Below, in pieces: positions 39,971 to 48,356 of a stretch of 64,000 nt of DNA. This stretch comes from Bacteroidota bacterium (GTDB lineage: Bacteria > Bacteroidota > Bacteroidia > Chitinophagales > UBA10324). The notes under the pieces were generated by a model, which had not been told where the DNA came from, ran no database searches, and was given only the letters and a program-made list of their open reading frames with translations. The DNA lies in contig BJGQ01000015.1 of NCBI GenBank assembly GCA_014190575.1, positions 9 through 64,008 on the forward strand, written 5' to 3'. Both the position numbers and the translations under genes were made by a program. Numbering within the stretch: the first letter of the stretch is position 1; every line of letters starts with the position of its first letter.

Positions 39971-42900
39971 TTAAATTTTTAAATCCCTGATTTTATCAAA
40001 CGGAACGATGCGTGAAAAATTCAGCGTGAAGAAATACCGCTTATACCATTTATCATATTCAGGAACTGAGAATGCATTGAGTTTAATATCAGGTGAAGAA
40101 ACCAAGGTGAGATAAACAGTGCAGATATCAGGTATAATTTTTATTCCAATGCCTCCGTCGTATTGAAAATTATTGTATGGCACTGCAAGAGAAATTTTTC
40201 CATTGTTTGTAATTCCGAAATCAGCGAAGGCAAATATTGGTAGCGGAAGAAAAAGAGTTGAAGTCAGATTCAAAGCAGCAGAAAAGTTTCCACCACTGCC
40301 GATTGGTGTAATGAGTTGTGCATTGGAAAATTTCATTCCACCTCTGTTCATCATCATTTGATGTGAAAGAAAACCTGTTGATTCGGATCGAGCTAAAAAC
40401 ACTTCATCAAAAGCATAATCATCAGAGCCTGAAGTAACAGTCAAGTGCGGATCAAATCCTGAAATATGGGATGAGAGTGGAGAATAATCAGTATAAAATC
40501 TTATACCCAATCCATCATTTTTCTTTTTGTAATTTATTCGGTAATTGAATTCTGCATTAAAATTTAATCCATCTGTTAATCTGTAACCATACAACCAAAC
40601 ATTATAATTTACATAAGGAGATATTAATTCTGTTTTTAAATAAAAAGAAAAAGGATTAATTGCTTGTTGTTTTTCAAAACTGAATTTTAATTCGCTATAT
40701 AAAATATTTTGAATCCCAATATTAAAACTTCTAAGAACAACCCAATTATCATATCCAGGCACATTGCCATAGATTGGAATGAAAATTTCTTTATGAAGAT
40801 AAATACCTCTAAGAGTTAGCCATTTTTTCACTACCGAACGAGGTGATTTGTTTTTTAATAAAAAATCCAATCTTAAAGAATGTCTTCTGTATTTAAACGA
40901 AATATCAGCATGATAATGATTAAGTCCGTGGTATAAATCAACGGTATCTACTCCTAAAGTATCATAATGAAATAATGAACCTGTCGTACTTAAACAAATA
41001 TTTTTGACAAACCCATTTTTCGGATAAACAAAGTATTGCAACCTCCCAATACCCGTCATTTGTTTTGTATTGAATGAATACATCGGTGCTAACTGGTATT
41101 GAAAATTTCTGGAAGGAATAAATGAATTGTAAAAAGCGAGGCCAACCATTCCTTTATCATAATTATTCCACCCGGCAATCGGAGAAAAAAACAATTGTGT
41201 TCGCTTCGGATTTTCAATACTTACGATTGGTTGCAGTTTTAATTTTTCCATTCGTCGAAGTATGCCGTGCATTTTCAATTGATTGTTCTGCGCATTAAAT
41301 TCCGGAGTTTCGTTTTTATAATCAATCACCAGTTCATCATAATTGCCAAAAGGAAAAAGTGTTTCCCAATTGCCCATCATGCCACCGTACCATTTCGTTA
41401 TCACCGGCTGATTATCTTTTAATGCGGTAATGGAATAGGGAGCTTTCACCTCTCCTGCATTTTTAACTTTCACTTTGTAATAAACTGATGAACCAATGTG
41501 CATGGTGTCTTTTGCATTCATTAATTTAAAATCTAAATGATCGGTAGTATTTAAATACTGATCAAAAAACCAATCGAAATACATTGGCGATGATTTTTCA
41601 AAAACATTTTTCATGTCCTCAGGATACACATGTTTGAATTTCCACTCATTAAAAAATGTGTGCATGGTTTCATCAAATTTTTCCTGGCCCATTGATGAAG
41701 AAAGGTGATTCATCATTACAGGAACTTTGCTGTAAACAATGGCACCATAATTCATTTGAGTAAACAATGTTGAATTTATTCCGGCAGGTTGGTCGTTGTG
41801 CGGTCGCGAAAGCACCAGGTAAGTGAGGTGTTTTAATTTCAGATTTGTCAATCCGCCAAGCCCAAGAAATTTCGGAGCAATTGTATTTCCTGATTTTAAA
41901 TTTCTATCAGTGTATCGTGCTTCGTAAAAGGAATTTATTCCTTCATCCATCCACGGATGTTCTCGCTCGTTGAAACCGAGAATTCCGTAAAACCAATTGT
42001 GACCAACTTCATGTGCAATTACTTCATCCAATGAATTTCCAACTCCACCAATAACTGTAATCATCGGATATTCCATTCCGCCACCGGCAACCAACGCACC
42101 ATCCACAGCGGTTGCATGCGGATACGGATAATCTCCAATCCATTTTGAATAATAATAAACTGCGGAGTCAATATAATTTATTGCATGCTTCCAGGTTGAT
42201 GCATGGTCTTCAGTAAATAAAACTGCGGTCTCTACCTTTTTTCCTGAAGCAAGTGTTACCACATCATGCACAATAAGGTATCGCTTATCAGCAAACCAAG
42301 CAAAGTCATGCACATCATCAGCATGGTAGTGCAATGTTTTCATTTCGGTTGATGAAGCTGGAAATGAAAATCCTCCGGCGGAATCCTTTGCAGCCAATGA
42401 AATTTGTTCATCAGTTATTTCAATTCCTAATTTTTTTCTCGAGGCAGCTTCTTTAATCTTCAACCATTTCTGTTCTTCTTCATTGAGCAAAACACCGGTT
42501 GCATCCATCACATAATTTTTTGGCAAAGTGATAAACACATCAAACTGTCCGAACTCAGAATAAAATTCTCCCTGGTCTAAGTATGGAATCGGATGCCAAC
42601 CTTTCCGGTCATACACCGCCGGCTTCGGATACCATTGACTGATTTGATATTGCTGACCGGCATGTCCCATGCGCGAAAAAGTTTTCGGGATTTTAATTCT
42701 GAAAGGAGTTGTGATTTTAATTTGTGCTCCGGGTGCAAGTGGTTTGTTTAACCAGATTTTTGCAATGTCAATGTTTGCTGAATCATATAGCAGTTTCACT
42801 GATTCACCATCCACTTCAAAATTCAAAGAGTCAATATATCCACGGTCTTCTTCCTTTGAAAAATAAAAATCTACTGCGCCGTTCTCAACTTTCTGTTTTG

Positions 42901-43162
42901 CAAATGCAGTGTTGTTATTCTTGTAAGCATTCGGCCACAAGTGAAACCAAATAAATTGTAAAGTGTCGGGCGAATGATTGGTGTAACTGATACTTTCAGT
43001 TGCGCGAAGAAAATTATTTACATCATCCAATTTCACCTGAATATTATAATTAACCTCCTGCTGCCAGTAATTTTTCAGATTATCCTGAGCAAAACATTTT
43101 GTGAAATTGATTATTGATAAAAGAGAAAGGAGAATGAAACGGAGTGAAATTATTTTCTTCAT
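39971..43162 (-). CDS. secreted M1 family metallopeptidase with C-terminal beta-rich domain
   Basis: YWQQ.V.Y, WYPK.AVYD, GGMEYP, HEVGH-X18-E (WMDEG); ATG 43162 downstream of a TATATTTG element. Confidence 0.9.
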   Translation of the reverse strand: MKKIISLRFILLSLLSIINFTKCFAQDNLKNYWQQEVNYNIQVKLDDVNNFLRATESISYTNHSPDTLQFIWFHLWPNAYKNNNTAFAKQKVENGAVDFYFSKEEDRGYIDSLNFEVDGESVKLLYDSANIDIAKIWLNKPLAPGAQIKITTPFRIKIPKTFSRMGHAGQQYQISQWYPKPAVYDRKGWHPIPYLDQGEFYSEFGQFDVFITLPKNYVMDATGVLLNEEEQKWLKIKEAASRKKLGIEITDEQISLAAKDSAGGFSFPASSTEMKTLHYHADDVHDFAWFADKRYLIVHDVVTLASGKKVETAVLFTEDHASTWKHAINYIDSAVYYYSKWIGDYPYPHATAVDGALVAGGGMEYPMITVIGGVGNSLDEVIAHEVGHNWFYGILGFNEREHPWMDEGINSFYEARYTDRNLKSGNTIAPKFLGLGGLTNLKLKHLTYLVLSRPHNDQPAGINSTLFTQMNYGAIVYSKVPVMMNHLSSSMGQEKFDETMHTFFNEWKFKHVYPEDMKNVFEKSSPMYFDWFFDQYLNTTDHLDFKLMNAKDTMHIGSSVYYKVKVKNAGEVKAPYSITALKDNQPVITKWYGGMMGNWETLFPFGNYDELVIDYKNETPEFNAQNNQLKMHGILRRMEKLKLQPIVSIENPKRTQLFFSPIAGWNNYDKGMVGLAFYNSFIPSRNFQYQLAPMYSFNTKQMTGIGRLQYFVYPKNGFVKNICLSTTGSLFHYDTLGVDTVDLYHGLNHYHADISFKYRRHSLRLDFLLKNKSPRSVVKKWLTLRGIYLHKEIFIPIYGNVPGYDNWVVLRSFNIGIQNILYSELKFSFEKQQAINPFSFYLKTELISPYVNYNVWLYGYRLTDGLNFNAEFNYRINYKKKNDGLGIRFYTDYSPLSSHISGFDPHLTVTSGSDDYAFDEVFLARSESTGFLSHQMMMNRGGMKFSNAQLITPIGSGGNFSAALNLTSTLFLPLPIFAFADFGITNNGKISLAVPYNNFQYDGGIGIKIIPDICTVYLTLVSSPDIKLNAFSVPEYDKWYKRYFFTLNFSRIVPFDKIRDLKI

Positions 43163-43218
43163 ACTAAAAGAGTTGAACAAATATAATTGAACACTTCTGT
43201 CTTAGCCGGAATGAATTC

Positions 43219-43779
43219 TCAACGGTAACTCAAAATAATTTTCTCCGCCAGAAATAAATCGTTATGGCTGTCCATTTCATAAAAGAAAATTTTCTTCAGT
43301 GTTTTGTAATCATTATAAGTGTAGAGATACATTCCGGTTAGTTGATTCTTGTCGTTCAATAAATCAACTCTGAAAATTCTTTTTCCGGTGTAATAAATTT
43401 TGGTTGAAGCTTTTTTAACTGAATCAGTTGCAGGTACAATTGAATAAGATGAATCGCATTTTACTCTTTCACATTCAGGAATTGAAAAATCAATTTCACT
43501 AGACTTCATCAATTCCGTTATTCCAATCAGTTTCAGAATTTTTGTTGCACTCACAAAATATTTTACCTGCATTTCATTCTTTGTTTTTGAAAAGCTGTTA
43601 TCATGCGTTAAATAATAATTTGAATATCGAAGATTAATTCTCTTTAATTTATTTTCCTTGAAATGTGTGGTATCAATTGGCAAAGGGAATTCTAACTGAA
43701 TGATTTGTGATTTAGCAGAAATTGAAATGCACATCAATAACGCCGATAAGAAGAGTGCTGTTTTTACAATTAAATGCAT
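43219..43779 (-). CDS. hypothetical secreted protein
   Basis: 186-aa ORF with signal peptide. Confidence 0.6.
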   Translation of the reverse strand: MHLIVKTALFLSALLMCISISAKSQIIQLEFPLPIDTTHFKENKLKRINLRYSNYYLTHDNSFSKTKNEMQVKYFVSATKILKLIGITELMKSSEIDFSIPECERVKCDSSYSIVPATDSVKKASTKIYYTGKRIFRVDLLNDKNQLTGMYLYTYNDYKTLKKIFFYEMDSHNDLFLAEKIILSYR

Positions 43780-43896
43780 TTTAAAATTTCATATGATGGC
43801 GGATATATAACACTTTGTGTTTGAAAATAAAATTTATAAATCAGTATCATTTTTTAAATGGAATGCTACATTTGGATTGTACTTGAACACGAGCGT

Positions 43897-45312
43897 ATGA
43901 ACGAACGAGATGATTACAACCAAAACCCCGAAGATATTCTTTCGGCAGTTAAACAATATGAAGAGCAACTCAAGAAAAATAAATCACTCTTCTTCGACCT
44001 CAATACTTTTGAAGAACTGATTGAGTATTACGAACTGCAGGGAAAAATTGCGAAAGCAATGGAAGCAGTTGATTTCGCCATTGGCATTTATCCTTTTTCT
44101 TCCGCACTGATTGTGAAGAAAGCCTCGTTGCTTATGCAACATCGTAAGTACAATGAAGCAATAAAATTATTAGACAAAGCCGAAGGCCTTGACCCCGGCG
44201 AAGTGAGTGTGTATTTATTGCGATCTGATATTTTATTGCAAAAAGGAAAACATCAGGAGTGCATTGAAGTGATTCATAAAGCAATGGAAGTTGCGGAGAA
44301 GGATGAAGTATCGGAGTTGTGGTTGGAGTTGGCTGATGTATATGAAGACCTGCATGAGTTCAACAAAGTTTTTGATTGTTTGAAAACCGCACTCACACTT
44401 GACCCTGCAAACGAAGAAGCGCTCAATCGCATGTGGTACAGTGTTGACCTTTCTAAAAGATTTGACGACAGCATAGATTTTCATCAGAAACTCATTGATG
44501 ATTCTCCATACTCCTATCTCGCATGGCAAAATTTAGGTTTGGCTTATTTCGGTTTGGGGCTGTATGAAAAAGCAGTGGAGTCATTTGAATTTGTTATTGC
44601 CATCAATGAAACTTATGACCTAGCGTATCGCGATTGTGCCGAAACACTTTATCGCATGGGCAGTTATCACAAGGCCATTGAGTTTTATCACAAAGCCATT
44701 CACTACTCGCGTCCGTTTGAAGATTTGTATTACTGCATTGGCGAGTGTTACGAAAAATTAAAAGAGTACGGCAAGGCGCGTTTGTATTATCGCAAAGCCG
44801 TGAACATTGAACCGGAATTGGATATTGCGATTTATAGAATCGGAATAACTTTTCAAAAAGAAAAACAATATCACAGCGCACTTTCTTTTTTCAAAAAAGC
44901 AATGCGCATGGACCCGCAACGATTAACATTTTTATTAGCTGCTGCAAAAACTGCATTGGCTTTGAAAGATGTAAATCAAATGCTTGAAGTGAGTGATAGA
45001 TTGATTGCACTCTCGCCAAAAGTGAAAGGCTTCAAAGCATACGAGCAGATGGTTGAATTTCTGATTCAATTAAATTGTATTGACCAGGCCATTGAAATTA
45101 TTTCTATTGTTGAACAGGATAAAGGTGTTTCCATTAATCTTACTTTGTTGAAAGCAGTTGCATCATTCAAAGCAGGATGGAGACAACAAGCAATTGAATT
45201 GCTGAGTCAGACTTTGTTCGCTGATAAAAACAAAAGCAAATTATTTTTCCGGCTGATGCCCGAAATGAAAATTGATAACGAGGTGCTGAGTATTATTGAT
45301 ATTTACACCTGA
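43897..45312 (+). CDS. tetratricopeptide repeat protein
   Basis: multiple TPRs (AWQNLG.AY..LG.YEKA); FFD...FEE.I.YY N-terminus; ATG 43897 downstream of TACATTTG. Confidence 0.88.
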   Translation: MNERDDYNQNPEDILSAVKQYEEQLKKNKSLFFDLNTFEELIEYYELQGKIAKAMEAVDFAIGIYPFSSALIVKKASLLMQHRKYNEAIKLLDKAEGLDPGEVSVYLLRSDILLQKGKHQECIEVIHKAMEVAEKDEVSELWLELADVYEDLHEFNKVFDCLKTALTLDPANEEALNRMWYSVDLSKRFDDSIDFHQKLIDDSPYSYLAWQNLGLAYFGLGLYEKAVESFEFVIAINETYDLAYRDCAETLYRMGSYHKAIEFYHKAIHYSRPFEDLYYCIGECYEKLKEYGKARLYYRKAVNIEPELDIAIYRIGITFQKEKQYHSALSFFKKAMRMDPQRLTFLLAAAKTALALKDVNQMLEVSDRLIALSPKVKGFKAYEQMVEFLIQLNCIDQAIEIISIVEQDKGVSINLTLLKAVASFKAGWRQQAIELLSQTLFADKNKSKLFFRLMPEMKIDNEVLSIIDIYT

Positions 45313-45325
45313 GAAAATTTTTCCT

Positions 45326-46093
45326 ATGAACTTTGAATTAAAAAATTTACCGGAGCGCACAGGCAAGCCACGCAAAACCGGATTGGCAATGGTGATGGAC
45401 AAAGGATTGAGCGTGCGCGAAGCCGAAGACCTTGTTTCTGTTGCTGATCAATACATTGATATTATTAAATTAGGATTCGGTACCGCGTATGTGACTCCGC
45501 ATCTCGAAAATAAATTGGCGGTGTATCGCAGCGCAGGAATTCCGGTGTACTTCGGTGGAACTTTAATGGAGTGCTTCATTATCCGAAATCAGTTTGAAGA
45601 TTATTTGCGGCTGATGGATAAATTCAAAATTGATTATGTGGAAGTTTCTGACGGTAGTATTGATTTACCTCACGAAGAAAAATGCAAGTACATTAATAAA
45701 CTTTCAAAATCAAAAACTGTTTTATCGGAAGTTGGTTCTAAAGATGAATTGAAAATTATTCCGCCTTACAAGTGGATTGAGTTGATGAAAACTGAATTGG
45801 AAGCGGGTGCCTGGAAAGTAATTGCCGAAGCGCGTGAAGGTGGAAATGTGGGCATCTATCGCGGCACCGGTGAAGTGCGTAGCGGATTGGTGGAAGAAAT
45901 TTTATGGCAGATACCCGGCGAAAATATTTTATGGGAAGCCCCTGCAAAAGCACAACAGGTTTGGTTTATAAAACTGGCCGGAGCCAATGTGAATCTCGGA
46001 AATATTTCGCCGGCTGAAATTTTACCTTTGGAAACTTTACGACTTGGATTGAGAGGTGATACTTTGTTGCATTTTCTGAATCCGCCTGTATAG
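45326..46093 (+). CDS. comA: phosphosulfolactate synthase (ComA family)
   Basis: KPR..G..MVMDKG, KLGFGT, GGTL.E, EVSDG, SEVGSK, EARE.G, WEAP, NLGNI, LETLRLGLRGDT. Confidence 0.88.
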   Translation: MNFELKNLPERTGKPRKTGLAMVMDKGLSVREAEDLVSVADQYIDIIKLGFGTAYVTPHLENKLAVYRSAGIPVYFGGTLMECFIIRNQFEDYLRLMDKFKIDYVEVSDGSIDLPHEEKCKYINKLSKSKTVLSEVGSKDELKIIPPYKWIELMKTELEAGAWKVIAEAREGGNVGIYRGTGEVRSGLVEEILWQIPGENILWEAPAKAQQVWFIKLAGANVNLGNISPAEILPLETLRLGLRGDTLLHFLNPPV

Positions 46094-46104
46094 TTTTTTT
46101 ATCA

Positions 46105-46830
46105 ATGAATAATTACGGAGTCATCGGTTATCCGCTCGCTCATTCTTTCAGTCCTGAATATTTTAAACAAAAATTTTTGAAGGAAAATATTGCTGCAACT
46201 TATGCTGCTTTTCCCATTGAAGACTTGAATCAGATTCGTTCGTTGGTGAATGAAAAAAATCTCAGTGGTTTCAATGTTACTATTCCATATAAAGAAAAAA
46301 TAATTTCGTTACTTGATTCGTTGAGTGATGAAGCAAAAGAAATTGGTGCAGTGAATTGTGTGAAAGTGGAGAATGAAAAATTAACCGGTTTCAATACTGA
46401 TGCTTACGGATTTCAGATTGTATTGAATGAAGTGATGAAATCAAAACACGAAAACGGATTGGTACTTGGCTTGGGAGGTGCAGCACGCGCGGTAAAATAT
46501 GTTTTAAAAAAATCAGGAATCAATTTTACATCAGTAGTACGCGATAAATCAAAAGGAGATTTGTTGTGGAATGAACTCACTGAAAAAATAATTTCTGAAA
46601 ATCCATTAATCATCAACTGCACACCACTTGGAATGTTTCCGAATGAAAAATCATTCCCTCCGATTCCGTATTCCGCAATTACTGAAAAACATTTGTTGTT
46701 CGACTTGGTTTACAATCCGGCCGAAACTTTATTTATGAAAAACGGAAAGGAGAAAGAAGCAACTGTTTCAAATGGTTTGCGCATGTTTGAATTGCAGGCT
46801 GATAAGAGTTGGGAAATATGGAATAAATAA
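46105..46830 (+). CDS. aroE: shikimate dehydrogenase
   Basis: GYPLAHSFSP, NVTIPYK, GAVN, NTD, G.GGAA, N.TPLGM, DLVYNP. Confidence 0.93.
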   Translation: MNNYGVIGYPLAHSFSPEYFKQKFLKENIAATYAAFPIEDLNQIRSLVNEKNLSGFNVTIPYKEKIISLLDSLSDEAKEIGAVNCVKVENEKLTGFNTDAYGFQIVLNEVMKSKHENGLVLGLGGAARAVKYVLKKSGINFTSVVRDKSKGDLLWNELTEKIISENPLIINCTPLGMFPNEKSFPPIPYSAITEKHLLFDLVYNPAETLFMKNGKEKEATVSNGLRMFELQADKSWEIWNK

Positions 46831-46845
46831 TTCTTGAAGCAATTT

Positions 46846-46939
46846 AATACAGAGACATGGAGAACACGGAGAGGCATGGAGTTTTTCTTTATTAAATATT
46901 TTGTCACTGTGATTTCCTGTATTCGCTGTGCCTCCGAGG
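46846..46939. repeat. degenerate inverted array of CAYRGAG / CTCYRTG units
   Basis: left arm TACAGAG, CATGGAG, CACGGAG, CATGGAG; right arm CACTGTG, TCCTGTA, CGCTGTG, CTCCGAG. Confidence 0.5.
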
Positions 46940-46972
46940 TTTTAATTATCTTTAAACTTTAATTCGCATTTC

Positions 46973-48271
46973 ATGGAAATTCTTTTTTTACTCATTGGTG
47001 TTGTTGCCGGTATAGCAATCGGATGGTCTTATTCGAAATCTATTTCTTCAAAAAATATAAATGAACTCATAACCGCAAAAGCATTGGCCGAACAGCAAGC
47101 CAATGAAGTGCGCTCGCAATTGGAGCAATTGAAATCACAATTGAATCAAAGCGCCGAAGAAGTTTTGCGGTTGAACAATCAATATGCAACCACACAAAAT
47201 GAAAACGCAAATCTGAATCAGCGGTTGAGCGAACAGAAAATTCAACTGGAAGAATTAAATCAGAAACTGAAAACCGAATTTGAAAATCTCGCCAATAAAA
47301 TTCTGGAAGAGAAATCGCAAAAATTTACGGAGCAGAACAAAACAAATCTCGATATCATTTTAAATCCATTGAAAGAACGGATTCAGGAATTTGAAAAGAA
47401 AGTTGACGATGCATACAAAGCTGAATCAGCCGAACGGAATTCATTGAAGGGTGAAATAAAATCCTTGTATGAGCAAAGTCAGAAATTAAATAAAGAAGCA
47501 AGCAACCTGACCAATGCCTTGAAAGGGCAAACAAAATTGCAAGGCAACTGGGGCGAAATGATTCTGGAAAGCATACTGGAAAAATCAGGATTAGTAAAAG
47601 GCCGCGAATATTTTACACAGGAAAGTTTTACAAACGACGAAGGAAAAAGATTTCAGCCCGATGTGGTTGTGAAATTACCGGAAGAGAAAAGTGTAATCAT
47701 TGATTCAAAAGTTTCGCTCATCGCGTATGATTTGTATTGCGCTGCTGATAATGATGATGACCGCAAAATGTATTTAGCCCAGCACATTCAATCATTAAAA
47801 AATCATATGAAGGGTTTGAGTGAAAAAAAATATCAGCAGTTATATGAGTTGGATGGATTGGATTATGTAATCCTGTTTGTGCCCATTGAACCTGCGTTCA
47901 ACTTAGCAGTTTCAAACGAACAAAATTTGTGGAACGAAGCATTTGAACGGAACATTGTGATTGTAAGCACCTCTACTTTATGGGCTGTGCTCAGGACAAT
48001 CGCAAGCATCTGGAAGCAGGAAAAACAAAACAACAATTCATTAGAGATTGCACGATTGAGCGGTTCGCTCTACGATAAGTTTGTTGGATTCACTGAAGAC
48101 ATGATTGACATCGGAAAAAAAATAGACCAGAGTAAAGCAGGTTATATTGATGCCATGAAAAAACTCACCGATGGAAACGGCAACCTCATAAAAACTTCAG
48201 AGAAAATAAAAGAGCTCGGCGCCAAAGCATCCAAAAGTTTAAATGCCGGATTGCTGCAGCGGTCGGAGTAA
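46973..48271 (+). CDS. rmuC: DNA recombination protein RmuC
   Basis: N-terminal TM plus coiled coil, QGNWGEMILE, PDVVV.LP, IIDSKVSL, FVPIE. Confidence 0.93.
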   Translation: MEILFLLIGVVAGIAIGWSYSKSISSKNINELITAKALAEQQANEVRSQLEQLKSQLNQSAEEVLRLNNQYATTQNENANLNQRLSEQKIQLEELNQKLKTEFENLANKILEEKSQKFTEQNKTNLDIILNPLKERIQEFEKKVDDAYKAESAERNSLKGEIKSLYEQSQKLNKEASNLTNALKGQTKLQGNWGEMILESILEKSGLVKGREYFTQESFTNDEGKRFQPDVVVKLPEEKSVIIDSKVSLIAYDLYCAADNDDDRKMYLAQHIQSLKNHMKGLSEKKYQQLYELDGLDYVILFVPIEPAFNLAVSNEQNLWNEAFERNIVIVSTSTLWAVLRTIASIWKQEKQNNNSLEIARLSGSLYDKFVGFTEDMIDIGKKIDQSKAGYIDAMKKLTDGNGNLIKTSEKIKELGAKASKSLNAGLLQRSE

Positions 48272-48313
48272 AACAGTCAGTTTTTTATTCTGCTTTTTAA
48301 AAAATGTTTTTTT

Positions 48314-48355
48314 ATGATTGTATTACAAGTATATATTTGTTTGTAATACAATCAT
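48314..48355 (+). promoter_or_regulatory. dnaE promoter/operator: two TTGTA-W-TACAA palindromes flanking the -7 element
   Basis: ATGATTGTATTACAA-gtaTATATTTGt-TTGTAATACAATCAT, a perfect 15-bp inverted repeat; TATATTTG at 48332-48339. Confidence 0.75.
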
Positions 48356-48356
48356 T

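Noticed and set aside
48314..48355. 15-bp inverted repeat as the rmuC terminator or an IS end
   Set aside because: It is AT-rich with no U tail and no transposase nearby. It encloses a -7 element and is mirrored at the dinB promoter, which fits an operator better.
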